A stretch of 60,887 nucleotides of DNA, filler included, from Coriobacteriales bacterium (GTDB lineage: Bacteria > Actinomycetota > Coriobacteriia > Coriobacteriales > UBA8131), in assembly GCA_031263105.1 (NCBI GenBank). It is 3 parts of 3 records of this genome, joined end to end, with 100 filler letters (N's around TTAATTAATTAA, not from the genome) between each part and the next. Parts side by side here need not be neighbours in the genome. Positions count along the whole stretch, not along the records: positions 46,747 to 60,887 come from JAISGJ010000079.1; 2 more parts are not named here. The stretch is one strand, 5' to 3'. The notes below the pieces were generated by a model, which saw only the letters and a program-made list of their open reading frames with translations, ran no database searches and was not told the origin of the DNA. The stretch's first letter is position 1. Each line of letters starts with the position of its first letter. Below are positions 47,434-58,183 of this stretch, one piece after another. A program made the position numbers and the translations under genes.

Positions 47434-50070
47434 ATGCAGACGTATGTGGAGAAGATTCAGCAGTTGACCGAGATCGAGCGCAGGGACTTCGTCAAAGTCG
47501 CGGCCGCTTCGGCGGCCGCCCTTGCGGCTTCGAGTGCGCTTGCGGGATGCTCGAACAAGGTCGAGCCTGTCGAGGGGCCCGTCGAGACGGCGGAGCCGCA
47601 GGTCGACCCCGAGGAAGGCGCAACGTGGGTCTCGGCCGCCTGTTGGCACAACTGCGGCGGGCGCTGCGTCAACAAGGTCTTGGTAAAGGACGGCGTCGTG
47701 CTGCGCCAGAAGACCGACGACACGCACGAGGACAGCTACGATTATCCGCAGATCAGAGGCTGTGCGCGCGGTCGCTCGCAGCGTCGGCAGGTCTTCGGTG
47801 CCGACCGGCTGAAGTACCCCATGAAGCGTGCGCACTGGGAGCCGCTTACCGGCGGCGACAAGAGCCTGCGCGGCCGCGACGAATGGGAACGCATCAGTTG
47901 GGACGAGGCGCTGGACTATGTGGCAGCAGAGATCAAGAACGTCATCGAGACCTATGGCAATCGTGCCATCTACTGTCCCTCGGGAGACCAGCTGTACTAC
48001 ACGCTGGCAGCGGCCGGCGGGTATATGAGCTCGTGGTGCACCAGCTCGGTAGGCAACTGGGCTTGGGCGAACCAGGCCGGGTACGGCATGATAGGCCGTG
48101 GCGGCAACGACCGCTACGACATCTTCTTAAGCGACTATGTGGTGATGATAGGCTGCAACCCGGCTTGGAGCGCAGCGGGCAATCCCACGTGGTACTACAA
48201 GAACCTCAAGGACGCAGGCGTTACGTTCATAGCCGTGGACCCCTTCTATAACGAGAGCTACGACGTGCTCGATGCCCAGTGGATCCCCGTGTATCCTGGC
48301 TCTGACGTGGCTCTGCTGCTGGGTGTGGCCCACACGATGATTGCCGAGGACGCAGAGAGGGGCCTCATCGACTGGGACTTCCTCAACACCTACGCCAGCG
48401 GCTTCGACGAGGGCATGATGCCCGAGGGCGCTGACCCCAAAGAGAACTTCAAGGACTATGTGCTGGGCACCTATGACGACGAGCCCAAAACGGCGGACTG
48501 GGCCTCCGAGAGATGCGGGGTCAGCGCCGAGCAGATACGCGAGCTGGCCTACGTCATGGGCAAACAGAACAACGTTGCATTGCTGGCAGCCTTCGCGCCG
48601 GGTCGCTTTACCAACGCCGAGTACTTCCCCTTCCTCTTCGGCACGGTCGGCATGATGGGCGGGCACATGGGCAAGCCCGGCAATCAGATTACCGAGACCT
48701 CCAACGGCACCATGGCCAACCAGCGCTCGATGATGTTCGTCGGAGGCGACAGGGGACTCCCCGCCTTGGAAAACCCCATCACCGAAAAAGTGAACGATGT
48801 TCAGGTGTGGGAGGCCATACTCAGCGGGAAGTACCACTTCAGCGGCGGTTCGACGTATGTTGCCGCGCCGGCCGAGGAGCGCGATATCGACATCCATCTC
48901 ATCTATCACGGTGGTCTCAACGGCTGGAGCCAGGGTCAGGAGGTGGTGGGCCTGCAGACCAAGCCCAACATCGCCAAGGGCATAGAGGCACATCGCAAGG
49001 TGGACTTCGTGGTTGCCAACGCCTTCACCCTGAACACGCAGGCCGCCTATGCCGATATCGTGCTGCCTGTCACCACCGAATGGGAACGTCCGGGTCGCCT
49101 GCTGAACAACCAGGTGGAGGCGCTGATATTCTATCAGCAGGTGGTGGAGCCGCTGTATGAGGCACAAAGCGACCAGTGGGTGGCCGAGCAGCTGGCGAGC
49201 CGCTTGGGGCTTGACCCGAAGGCGGTGTTTCCCCTCGACATGAAGCAGCAGTACTTCAATGAGCTGGCCGGCACTACGGTAATCAGTGCTGATGCTACCG
49301 GCTTCGAGCCGCTCGTCACCATAACTCAGGCTGATATCGATGAATGGGGCGTTGAGGGAACCGCTCAGGAGGGCCGTATTGGACTCACCGAACTGTTGGG
49401 GCAGGGCATCTATCAGGTGCCGCGCTCAAAAGACGACGTCTATTCCTCGGAGCTTGGGTATGCGGCCTTCATCAACGACCCGGCTGCCAATCCGCTCAAG
49501 ACCCCCAGCGGCAAGTTCGAGATTCACTGTGCCACCTTCCGCACGTTCTTGGAGACCCGCAACCACGGCGAGGGAATCGCGAGCGCCATTCCCGTCTGGC
49601 AGCCGCAGCCCCACGGTCACGAAGGCACGTTGAGCGGCGACTATCCCTATCAGGTCTTCAATCCCCATTACCTGCGTCGCTCGCATTCTACCTTCGATCA
49701 GGTGGGTCAGCTGCGCAACGCCTTCAAGCATCCTGTCTTCATCAACGCTCAAGACGCTGCGGGCAAGGGCGTCAAGACGGGCGACACCGTGCTGATTTTC
49801 AACGACAACGGCAAGACGCTGCGTTTGGCCTCGGTCACCAACCGCCTGACCCCCGGTGTTATCGCCCTGCCTCATGGTGGCTGGGTGGATATCGACGAGG
49901 AGACCGGCATCGATCGGGGCGGTGCCGACAATATCCTCTGCGGCTCTTACACGAGCAAGTCTGGCGTTACCGGCTGGAACGCCACGCTTGCGGATTTTGA
50001 GAAGTACTCCGGCCCGGCTTTGGAGCCGGATGTCGAATGGCCGCAACGCATACCGATCAAGGAGGCATAA
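47434..50070 (+). CDS. Tat-exported molybdopterin oxidoreductase (DmsA-like)
   Basis: ERRDFVK, LAGC, CWHNCGGRC, RLKYPMKR, WERISWDEA, RRSHST. Confidence 0.94.
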   Translation: MQTYVEKIQQLTEIERRDFVKVAAASAAALAASSALAGCSNKVEPVEGPVETAEPQVDPEEGATWVSAACWHNCGGRCVNKVLVKDGVVLRQKTDDTHEDSYDYPQIRGCARGRSQRRQVFGADRLKYPMKRAHWEPLTGGDKSLRGRDEWERISWDEALDYVAAEIKNVIETYGNRAIYCPSGDQLYYTLAAAGGYMSSWCTSSVGNWAWANQAGYGMIGRGGNDRYDIFLSDYVVMIGCNPAWSAAGNPTWYYKNLKDAGVTFIAVDPFYNESYDVLDAQWIPVYPGSDVALLLGVAHTMIAEDAERGLIDWDFLNTYASGFDEGMMPEGADPKENFKDYVLGTYDDEPKTADWASERCGVSAEQIRELAYVMGKQNNVALLAAFAPGRFTNAEYFPFLFGTVGMMGGHMGKPGNQITETSNGTMANQRSMMFVGGDRGLPALENPITEKVNDVQVWEAILSGKYHFSGGSTYVAAPAEERDIDIHLIYHGGLNGWSQGQEVVGLQTKPNIAKGIEAHRKVDFVVANAFTLNTQAAYADIVLPVTTEWERPGRLLNNQVEALIFYQQVVEPLYEAQSDQWVAEQLASRLGLDPKAVFPLDMKQQYFNELAGTTVISADATGFEPLVTITQADIDEWGVEGTAQEGRIGLTELLGQGIYQVPRSKDDVYSSELGYAAFINDPAANPLKTPSGKFEIHCATFRTFLETRNHGEGIASAIPVWQPQPHGHEGTLSGDYPYQVFNPHYLRRSHSTFDQVGQLRNAFKHPVFINAQDAAGKGVKTGDTVLIFNDNGKTLRLASVTNRLTPGVIALPHGGWVDIDEETGIDRGGADNILCGSYTSKSGVTGWNATLADFEKYSGPALEPDVEWPQRIPIKEA

Positions 50071-50072
50071 GG

Positions 50073-50651
50073 ATGGCGCGCAAAGGATTCTACTACGATC
50101 AGACCTCCTGCATCGGCTGTCGTGCCTGCCAGGTGGCCTGCTGTGACAAGAACGACCTGCAGCCCACGATGGTCTTTCGTGTGGTGAGCAGCTACGAGGC
50201 GGGCGAGTACCCCACTGCGCGTGGGTACCACTATTCCGCGTCCTGCAACCATTGCGAGACACCGGCCTGCACGTCGGTCTGTCCCGTCGAGGCGCTGTAT
50301 GTTGACGAGGAGGACGGCACCGTCCAATACGATGCGGAGAAGTGCATCGGCTGCCAGTACTGTGTGAGGGCCTGTCCGTATGAGGTGCCGCAGTACTTCG
50401 AGGACGACCAGAAGGTTCGCAAGTGCGATGCCTGCAAGCTGTTGCGCGCCAAGGACGAACAGCCGGCCTGTGTGGCCATCTGCCCGATGCGCGCCTTGGC
50501 CTTCGGCGACATCGAGGAGCTGCGTGCTGCATATCCTGATGCGGTTGATCAGATCGTCGTTCTGCCGGACGCTGCCCAAACCGGCCCCTCAGTGGCAATC
50601 CGGGCCAAGGAGATCGCCCTGCGGCCCGACCCGCAGGAGTATGTCCTGTAA
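50073..50651 (+). CDS. 4Fe-4S dicluster subunit (DmsB-like)
   Basis: CIGCRACQVAC, CNHCETPAC, CIGCQYCVRACP. Confidence 0.93.
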   Translation: MARKGFYYDQTSCIGCRACQVACCDKNDLQPTMVFRVVSSYEAGEYPTARGYHYSASCNHCETPACTSVCPVEALYVDEEDGTVQYDAEKCIGCQYCVRACPYEVPQYFEDDQKVRKCDACKLLRAKDEQPACVAICPMRALAFGDIEELRAAYPDAVDQIVVLPDAAQTGPSVAIRAKEIALRPDPQEYVL

Positions 50652-50731
50652 GGGCCCGCAGCCTCTCGTGTACGTGTGCCGCAACAGGTGGGGGAGTGCT
50701 TGTTGCGGCGCTCCTTGTCGGAAGGGCTTGC

Positions 50732-51481
50732 ATGGAACCGTCGTCTGAGACCCTGAGAGTGCTGTTGGCCAACAGGCGGTTTCTCTATGCCTGTTGCTCC
50801 CGCATGTTTGCGGCCGAGCCGGACAGGCATCTGCTGGACGTGCTCTGCGATGCCCAGACTGCCGCGCAGTTCGGCCTGCTGGAAGGCGGGGGAGACAAGC
50901 GGTCGGTTGACGGGGGTGCTGCCGCGCTCGCTCCCGGGGCCGCCAATGGAGCCGCCCCCGCCCCTGCTGCCGGGGCCACAGCCCTCTGGCAAGACCTGCA
51001 CGGGTTCCTCCGCAGCGGCACAGACGTGCTCCCGCAGCTGCGCAACGAGTACACCCGTCTGTTCCTTGGCCCCGCAGCGCTTCCTGTGCCTCCCTGGGAG
51101 TCGGCCTTTATGGCCAAGGAGCCCGTGCTGTTCACCAAGGTCACCTTGAAGGTGCGCGAGGCCTATGCCCGGGCAGGCTTCCGGGCATCCGGGTATCGCT
51201 ATGAGGCAGACGACCATCTGGCGACGGAGCTGGACTTCATGGCGCAACTGGCCGCCCGAACGGTGGCAGCCAACGACAGCGGCGACAGAGAGGGCGTGTC
51301 GCTGCTGCTGGGCCGTCAGCAGGATTTCCTGCGGGAGCACCTGTTGGCCTGGATACGCGGGTATGCCCAAAGCCTTGCTGAGGCCGATAGGATAAGCTGT
51401 GTGTACCCAACGCTTGCCGCACTTGCCGCCTTGGTTTGCGAACGTGACGCCGTGTTGATAGAGGAGATGCAGGCGCTCTGA
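50732..51481 (+). CDS. TorD/DmsD family chaperone
   Basis: EYTRLFLGP, PPWES, EADDHLATEL, EHLLAW. Confidence 0.92.
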   Translation: MEPSSETLRVLLANRRFLYACCSRMFAAEPDRHLLDVLCDAQTAAQFGLLEGGGDKRSVDGGAAALAPGAANGAAPAPAAGATALWQDLHGFLRSGTDVLPQLRNEYTRLFLGPAALPVPPWESAFMAKEPVLFTKVTLKVREAYARAGFRASGYRYEADDHLATELDFMAQLAARTVAANDSGDREGVSLLLGRQQDFLREHLLAWIRGYAQSLAEADRISCVYPTLAALAALVCERDAVLIEEMQAL

Positions 51482-51503
51482 TATCCCGTGCCTTGGAGAT
51501 TCG

Positions 51504-52749
51504 GTGGGCAACATCAAGCTGATGAGCAAGTTCTTCCTGCTGTTCACGCTGCTGATCATAGCGGCGTTGGGAATCAGTCTCTCTCATTCCCAGACCAGCC
51601 AGAACGAGGTGATGCTGCACGATCTGCGCGAGAAGGGCTGGGCGCTCTCCCAACAGATGGGCGCGGTGTGGGACTTCATGTCATCGAATCAGGACCGGCT
51701 TGACCTTTCGGCCTACAGCGACGACGGGGAGTACTTCGGGCTCAACTGCGCCATTGCCGGGCGCAGCATCGGGCAGCTCTTCACGGGGCGCAGCGACTAC
51801 GTCACCCGTTATGTGAACTTCGGCCCCCGCAACAAGAGCGATGAGCCGGATTCCTTCGAGTCCGAAGCGCTGGATGCCTTCTATGCCGATGGCAGCCTTA
51901 CGGAGTATTGCTCGATTGCCGACTATCGAGGTGAGGAGGTCTTTCGTTACCTTGCTCCGATGAGGGTCAACAAGAACTGCCTGGAATGCCACGGTGAGCC
52001 GGTCGGGGAGATCGACAAGACCGGGTTCGCGCGCGAGGGGTGGCTGGAGGGTGAGGTGGGCGGCGCCATCAGCATCGTCATACCGCTTGATGCCTATCTC
52101 GAGGTACGGCGCAACAACGTGCTTTTCGACACCGTCTTCTTCGTCAGCCTGCTCCTGCTGGCGGTCGTCTGTTTTTGGATCGCCCTTTCGCGCTTGGTGA
52201 CTGGCCCGCTGCGCAGGATTGAAGGGGGCTTCAGGCAGATCCAAGACGGGAATTTGGATGTCAACCTTGACCGCACCAAGTCCTCGCGTGAGATAAACGA
52301 GATGGTGGACGGCTTCAACAAGATGTCCAGCCAGCTCAGCGACATCTACGAGAGCTTGGAGACCCAGGTTGCTGATCGCACCGAGCAGCTTGCAAAGGCC
52401 AACGAGGTGCTAGAGAACCAGCGGCAGCAACGCCCTCAAGTTCACGCCCCAAAAGGGCGCGGTCAGCCTTTGCGTCTCCTTTGTGGCGCAGGCCAACCAG
52501 ATTCGCATCGATGTCATCGACAACGGCATCGGCATAGCAAAGAAGGACCAACAGCGGATTTTCGAACGCTTTGTTCAGGCGGACTCGTCCGTGTCCCGAC
52601 AACATAGCGGCACTGGACTGGGCCTGACCCTGGCCAAGGAGTACGTTGAGATGCACCAGGGCAGCATCACGGTTACAAGCGAGCCAGGGAAGGGGAGCAC
52701 GTTTACCGTGCGTGTCCCAGCCGGTGACGTTGGGAAGGAGGAGGACTGA
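51504..52749 (+). pseudogene. Heme-sensing (DUF3365-like, CxxCH) sensor histidine kinase with HisKA domain deleted and a frameshift
   Basis: CLECHG sensor plus HAMP up to ~52430, then in another frame SNALKFT..DNGIGI..GTGLGL; no H-box anywhere. Confidence 0.85.
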
Positions 52750-53453
52750 TGGCCAAGATACTGCTTGTCGATGACGACCATGCTCTGCACAAGGTGATGC
52801 GTGAGACATTGGGGGACCTGGGCCACGAGATGATAAGCGCCTTCAACGGCGATGAGGGGCTGACGCTCGTCGCTGCCCAAAGGCCAGATCTGCTCTTGTT
52901 GGATGTGATGATGCCGGGCATGAGCGGCTTCGAGGTCTGTGAGCGGATGCGGAGGGACGGGCGACGCATCCCCGTCATCTTCCTTTCCGCCAAGGGCGAC
53001 ATAGTGGACAAAAGCATCGGCTTCAAGATCGGGGCCGACGACTATGTGGTCAAGCCCTTTTCCACCGACGAGCTGCTGCTGCGGATCGATGCGCACCTGC
53101 GCCGCCACAAGGGCGACCTGGCCTTCTCCAAGGCCATAGCGCGCAACGGCTCCAACAGGGTCGGCGATCTGGAGATTTTCTTCAATCGCTATGAGGTGCT
53201 GCTCAAAGGGCGTCCAATCGATTTGACCGCGAAGGAGTTCGAGATACTGGCCCTGATGATGGCAAACCCCGGACAGGTCTTCTCGCGCAACCAGATTGCA
53301 GATCACATCTGGGGTGAGAACAGCCTGTCCGACGAGAACAGCATCACCGTCTTTGTCCGAAAGATTCGCGAGAAGATCGAGGACAACCCCTCCCAGCCCC
53401 GCTACCTGCTCACAGTCTGGCGCGTCGGCTACAAGTTCGCGAAGGAGCTCTGA
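52749..53453 (+). CDS. OmpR-family response regulator
   Basis: LVDDD, LDVMMP, GADDYVVKPF, KIREKIE, TVWRVGY. Confidence 0.95.
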   Translation: MAKILLVDDDHALHKVMRETLGDLGHEMISAFNGDEGLTLVAAQRPDLLLLDVMMPGMSGFEVCERMRRDGRRIPVIFLSAKGDIVDKSIGFKIGADDYVVKPFSTDELLLRIDAHLRRHKGDLAFSKAIARNGSNRVGDLEIFFNRYEVLLKGRPIDLTAKEFEILALMMANPGQVFSRNQIADHIWGENSLSDENSITVFVRKIREKIEDNPSQPRYLLTVWRVGYKFAKEL

Positions 53454-53577
53454 GCGCCCCCTTGCTTTGACCGGGACACGCCAGGACACACTGCAAAGCA
53501 AAAAAGGAACTTAATGGTAGTCGAATATGGTATACTTTTCTGTATGGTATTGCGTACACACGAGCGAAGGGAAACCC

Positions 53578-53862
53578 ATGAAGACCTATACGGTGACAGA
53601 GCTGAAGAAGGACACGGCAACCATTCTCGCAGGCACTCGGAACGAGCGCATCTCAATGATCACGCAGAACGGGAAGCCCAAAACGCTTCTTCTTGATATA
53701 ACGGATCTGGACTTAGAGAAAGCCCTCATCGAAGCCAGACGTTATCGTTCGCGTTGTGCCATAGACGCCATGCGCGAGCAGTCGCAGCTGCGGGGCACCA
53801 AGGACTTGACCATGGACGAAGTGGATGCGCTCATCCACTCGACCCGCAAGGCGCGTCGATGA
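53578..53862 (+). CDS. Phd/YefM family antitoxin
   Basis: MKTYTVTELK...ITQNGKP. Confidence 0.85.
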   Translation: MKTYTVTELKKDTATILAGTRNERISMITQNGKPKTLLLDITDLDLEKALIEARRYRSRCAIDAMREQSQLRGTKDLTMDEVDALIHSTRKARR

Positions 53863-54248
53863 CTAGGGCCGTCATCGACACCAACGTTCTTGTTTCCGGT
53901 CTCCTTACCTCACATGGCAACTGCGCGGTTGTCATCGAGATGATTCAGGGCGGCCAGGTGTCGGTTTGTTACGACATGCGCATTCTTGAGGAGTATCGGG
54001 AAGTTCTGCTGCGCCCTGAGTTCGGCTTCAGCAAAACGCAGGTTAATGACCTTGTGGATCTTATCAGATTGACCGGCGAGGAAGTCATTGCTCCGCGTTC
54101 CTCCCAAGACCTGCCCGATGAAGACGACAGGATGTTCGTGGAGGTTGCCCGTAAGGCCAATGCTCCGATTGTCACCGGGAACATGAAGCATTTTCCTGAA
54201 GTCGATCAGGTGCAGACCCCCGCCCAGTTCGTATCGCATGGCATCTGA
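53859..54248 (+). CDS. PIN-domain putative toxin
   Basis: AVIDTNVLVSG, PDEDDRMF, IVTGNMKHF. Confidence 0.92.
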   Translation: MTRAVIDTNVLVSGLLTSHGNCAVVIEMIQGGQVSVCYDMRILEEYREVLLRPEFGFSKTQVNDLVDLIRLTGEEVIAPRSSQDLPDEDDRMFVEVARKANAPIVTGNMKHFPEVDQVQTPAQFVSHGI

Positions 54249-54296
54249 TTCACGTCGCGGGTCGGCGTAGGCAGTATTCTGCGATAATGGGTACCT

Positions 54297-56531
54297 ATGA
54301 TTCTCAATGTCGACAAGCTCAGCAAATCCTATGGTTCGCGTGTTCTGTTCAGGGACGCAAGTCTTCGCATAAACGAGCGGGACCGCTACGCGCTGGTGGG
54401 GCCGAACGGCGCGGGCAAGACGACCCTGCTCAACATCATCGCGGGGGTGGACGCGCCGGACAGCGGCACCGTCGTCTTTGCCAAGAACAGCAGCGTCGGT
54501 TATCTGGAGCAGTCTGCCATCGAGGCGGACGCAGGGAAGGATCTCACGGTACTGGATGCCGTGCTTGCCGCCGCTGCGGATCTTCTCGACATCCAGGCGC
54601 GCCTCACCCATCTTGAGCAGCAGATCGCCGATGCCGCCTCCGACGGCGAGGGGGGCGGTGCCCCCGGCGGCGAGGGCGGCGAGGGCGGCGGCGCCCCGGA
54701 TGCCCCGGACGCCACCCAGGAGCAGCTGCTCGTCGAGTACGGCAGGCTGAGCGACGAGTTCGCCCATGGCGGCGGCTACACCATCGAGCCGCTTGCGCGC
54801 AGCGTGCTGTTCGGCCTGGGCTTCAAGGAGGGCGACCTCGCGCGTTCGACCAGCGAGTTCTCCGGCGGCTGGCAGATGCGCATAGCGTTGGCGAAGCTGC
54901 TGCTGCGCAGGCCCGACCTCCTCCTCCTCGACGAGCCGACCAACCATCTCGACCTTGCGAGCGTGCGCTGGCTGGAGGGCTTCCTGCGCAGCTACGAGGG
55001 CGCCGTCGTCGTGGTCAGCCACGACCGTGCGTTCATGGACGGCATGGTCGACCATGTCGTCGAGGTGGACAGGGGCTCGCTGACAGGCTACCGGGGCGGC
55101 TACACGGACTTCGAGCGCCAGCGCGAGGAGGGCCTGGTGCGGCTGCGTGCGGCCTACGAGGCACAGCAGGACGAGATCGCCCACATGGAGGCCTTCATCA
55201 CGCGCTTCCGCTACAAGGCGTCCAAGGCAAAACAGGTGCAGGATCGCGTGAAGAAGCTCGAGAAGCTCGAGCGGATCGAGGCGCCGGAGGTCTCCAAGAA
55301 GGTGAGCTTCCGCTTCCGGCAGCCGCCGCGCACGGGCGAGAAGGTGATCGAGCTCAGCGACATCCATAAGGCCTACGGCAGCAACGTCGTCTACGGCGGG
55401 GCGGGCCGTCAAGGGGCGGAGCTCGCGCTGTATCGTGGCGACAAGGTCGCCCTCGTCGGGCCGAACGGGGCAGGCAAATCGACCCTGCTCAAGATGCTCG
55501 CGGGCACCCTCGCACCCGATCAGGGCAGCCGGGTGCTCGGGGCCCACGTGAGCGTGGGCTACTACGCGCAGCACCAACTCGAGGAGCTCGACCCGCGCAA
55601 CACCGTCTACCGGGAGCTCGACGGCATCGCCCCCGGCTGGACGCAGGCGGAGGTGCGCACCCTGCTCGGCACCTTCCTGTTCACGGGCGACGACGTGGAG
55701 AAGAAGGTGAGCGTTCTCTCCGGCGGCGAGCGCAGCCGCCTCGCCCTCGCCAAGATGCTCGTGCAGCCCGCGCCCCTGCTGTGCCTCGACGAGCCGACCA
55801 ACCACCTCGACATCGCGAGCGCCGACATCCTCGAGAAGGCCCTCCGCTCCTTCAGCGGCAGCCTCGTCTTCATCACGCACGACCGCCACCTCATCCGGGC
55901 GGTCGCCAACCGCATCGTCGAGGTGAGCGACGGCACGGTGCGCAGCTACGCCGGCGACTACGACTACTACCTGTATAAGACAGAGGGGGAGAAAAGCGGT
56001 GCCCCCGCCCCCGTCGGCCGTCCCAACGCGCGTGCCGCCAAGGGCAAGGGCACCGATGCCGCCGCTTCCGCCCCCCGCTCCGTCGGCAAGACTGCCGGTG
56101 GCGGCAGCACTGCTGGCAAGACTGCCGCCTCCAGTGCTGAGACAGCTCCCGCAGGTGCCGCCCGCGACGGTGCTGCCCTTGTCCCCATCGATGCCGATGC
56201 GCCCCAGCCCCGCAAGACCAAGGAGCAGAAGCGCGCCGAGGCGAACGCGCGCAACCGCGCCTACCGCGTGCTCAAAGACGAGCGCACGCGCCTTGCCGAG
56301 GTGGAGTGCCAGCTCGACCGCGACAACGCCCGCTACGACGAGCTCGTCGTGCTCATGGCCGACGAGCAGCTCTATCAGGACAAGGAAGCCTTCGACACGA
56401 CCCTGAGCGAGTACCACGAGCTACGCCGACGCATCCCACGCCTTGAAGAGGAGTGGTTCGACCTCACCCAGCGCATCGAGCAGGAGCTGGGAAAGACGGA
56501 TGGCGGAGGTGACAGGCAGACAAGGCGATAG
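54297..56531 (+). CDS. ABC-F family ATPase
   Basis: Two NBDs ([29 protein letters not shown]), linker, C-terminal coiled coil, no TM segments. Confidence 0.95.
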   Translation: MILNVDKLSKSYGSRVLFRDASLRINERDRYALVGPNGAGKTTLLNIIAGVDAPDSGTVVFAKNSSVGYLEQSAIEADAGKDLTVLDAVLAAAADLLDIQARLTHLEQQIADAASDGEGGGAPGGEGGEGGGAPDAPDATQEQLLVEYGRLSDEFAHGGGYTIEPLARSVLFGLGFKEGDLARSTSEFSGGWQMRIALAKLLLRRPDLLLLDEPTNHLDLASVRWLEGFLRSYEGAVVVVSHDRAFMDGMVDHVVEVDRGSLTGYRGGYTDFERQREEGLVRLRAAYEAQQDEIAHMEAFITRFRYKASKAKQVQDRVKKLEKLERIEAPEVSKKVSFRFRQPPRTGEKVIELSDIHKAYGSNVVYGGAGRQGAELALYRGDKVALVGPNGAGKSTLLKMLAGTLAPDQGSRVLGAHVSVGYYAQHQLEELDPRNTVYRELDGIAPGWTQAEVRTLLGTFLFTGDDVEKKVSVLSGGERSRLALAKMLVQPAPLLCLDEPTNHLDIASADILEKALRSFSGSLVFITHDRHLIRAVANRIVEVSDGTVRSYAGDYDYYLYKTEGEKSGAPAPVGRPNARAAKGKGTDAAASAPRSVGKTAGGGSTAGKTAASSAETAPAGAARDGAALVPIDADAPQPRKTKEQKRAEANARNRAYRVLKDERTRLAEVECQLDRDNARYDELVVLMADEQLYQDKEAFDTTLSEYHELRRRIPRLEEEWFDLTQRIEQELGKTDGGGDRQTRR

Positions 56532-56569
56532 ACGCTCTTGTCCTCCTGGGATCCCATGCCTCACGAAAC

Positions 56570-56791
56570 TCAGGCAACCCTGAGAACGTGTTTTGTGCGT
56601 TTGTGAGCCTTGAGCCATTCTCGACGATATTCATTCAGGCTTGACTCATTGGCACCGCCCGAATAGTCCGGGTTGCCGTTCTGCAGGGCATCGTCTTGCC
56701 ATCCGCACAGAGGGCAGATCTCAAAGATACTGTTGTTTGGCAGTGTCGGAAAGCCGCAGCATGCGCAACGTTTACTGTGCGTTTGGGTCAT
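56570..56791 (-). CDS. CPCC-family cysteine-rich protein
   Basis: CACCGFPTL...EICPLCGWQDD..Q..GGAN..SL. Confidence 0.88.
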   Translation of the reverse strand: MTQTHSKRCACCGFPTLPNNSIFEICPLCGWQDDALQNGNPDYSGGANESSLNEYRREWLKAHKRTKHVLRVA

Positions 56792-57096
56792 ATATCTTCA
56801 CCTGTCCTTCCCAATAGGATGGTCCGTTTGTTGGCTTGTAAAGCGTTACGATTTCTCCGTTTGGCTTGGTAATCAGGAAATCGTTCGTCGAACTTATAGT
56901 CATCAAGAAAGAAGTGTATCGTCCTATTCCGTTGAGGCGTTTCTGTCTCATCGTGTCTGGTGTTGCTGAAGGCAATGAGGTCAATATCATCTAATGCGAT
57001 GTCCTGCGCATAAAGGAAAGGCATATCATGGTTTCCCACCATGTACTGCTGATTGCGAAGAAAGAGGAGGTCGTTTCTGTAATCGTAGCTTTTCAT
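56772..57096 (-). pseudogene. Fused remnant: DUF4417-like N-terminus joined to the C-terminus of a toxin/phage-protein-like ORF
   Basis: TIHFFLDDYKFDE, then in a shifted frame STNDFLITKPNGEIVTLYKPTNGPSYWE. Confidence 0.6.
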
Positions 57097-57240
57097 GTTG
57101 GAATTGTAGCATAAGTTAAATCCAGTAGTTATGCAGCCTTTTCCCCTGCTAAAGGCCGATGCTCGCGCTGCCGATGCTCGTGAAAACACGGGATGGGCCT
57201 CTGCATGTGTCAGGGATGTGTCAAGGAGGCACCGACGCAC

Positions 57241-57264
57241 TGTCAAAAGGTGTACCTTTTGATA
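57241..57264. repeat. TGTCAAAAGG-N4-CCTTTTGA(C/T)A palindrome, copy 1
   Basis: TGTCAAAAGGTGTACCTTTTGATA. Confidence 0.7.
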
Positions 57265-57340
57265 GCGTACCGATGGTACCACAAAATCGACGAACGCAAG
57301 AGGATTCTGTGCGAAAAGCAGACCGAAAACCAGCCCGATC

Positions 57341-57504
57341 GCCACTGTTCACGCCCCACTGTCATTCCGAGCCCCGTCGAGGAATCCTCGGCTGCGAAGC
57401 AGCCGACCGCAGGCCGGAGCGCCTTCCGAGCGCGATCGACCGTTTGCGCGGTCGAAGATCCCTCGGCAGGCTCGGGATGACAGTGGGGGTGTGAACACAG
57501 CAAC
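57341..57504. mobile_element. MITE-like element with 8-bp duplication GCCCGAT(C/T)
   Basis: 7/8 direct repeat at 57333-57340 and 57505-57512. Confidence 0.8.
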
Positions 57505-57560
57505 GCCCGATTGAAGCACGGAAGCAGTGTTTGTCCCAAATACTCGGCATAGAACATAGG

Positions 57561-57584
57561 TGTCAAAAGGTACACCTTTTGACA
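57561..57584. repeat. Palindrome, copy 2
   Basis: TGTCAAAAGGTACACCTTTTGACA. Confidence 0.7.
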
Positions 57585-57680
57585 ACGGCCGCCGCGCCTG
57601 CCCCTCCCGCACGTGCCGGAACCGGCGCAGGCTGCCTGTAGTTGTCACAGAAGCAAGTTCAAAAGAAGGAAGTGACAGGT

Positions 57681-58029
57681 ATGGTGGCGCCATCAACCAT
57701 GAACAGGCGACTGTTCAAGCTGTGTGTGGCAACAATAGTGGCCATCGCAATGGTGGTTACGATGTCGATACCATCGACGGCTTATGCCGACACCGATAAT
57801 CGACGAGACCCCGGGCTGTTTGTCCAAATGCTCACACATGACGAGGACGAAAAGGACGGGACACTACACAGATAGCAAGGCGTCAGGCGGCAAGAAGCTG
57901 ACCGTGTTCAAGAAGGCCCGTCCCGTGACCATCATAGGCAAGAGCGGAAGACTGTACAAAGTACAGTTCAAGCTCAACGGCAAGGCGACCACGGGCTACG
58001 TCGCCCAGACGTTCGTAAGCGTCAAGTGA
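57681..58029 (+). pseudogene. Disrupted secreted protein with C-terminal SH3b-like domain
   Basis: Signal peptide ending AYA in one frame; VTIIGKSGRLYKV..GKATTGYV in another. Confidence 0.6.
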
Positions 58030-58062
58030 GCTGTCGTGCCGCCACACCTCCCCGCTGCGTCC

Positions 58063-58088
58063 GTAGGGGACGGCGTCCTCGACGTCCC
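58063..58088 (+). repeat. GTAG-type REP-like palindrome
   Basis: GTAG-GGGACGGCG-TCCT-CGACGTCCC. Confidence 0.6.
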
Positions 58089-58183
58089 GCCGTTTGACGG
58101 ATGGCAGGGGACGAGCTTGCCATGCAAATCGGGAATCGAAATCCTGATTTGCAAGATTTTCAGCTCAGTGATACACTCACACC

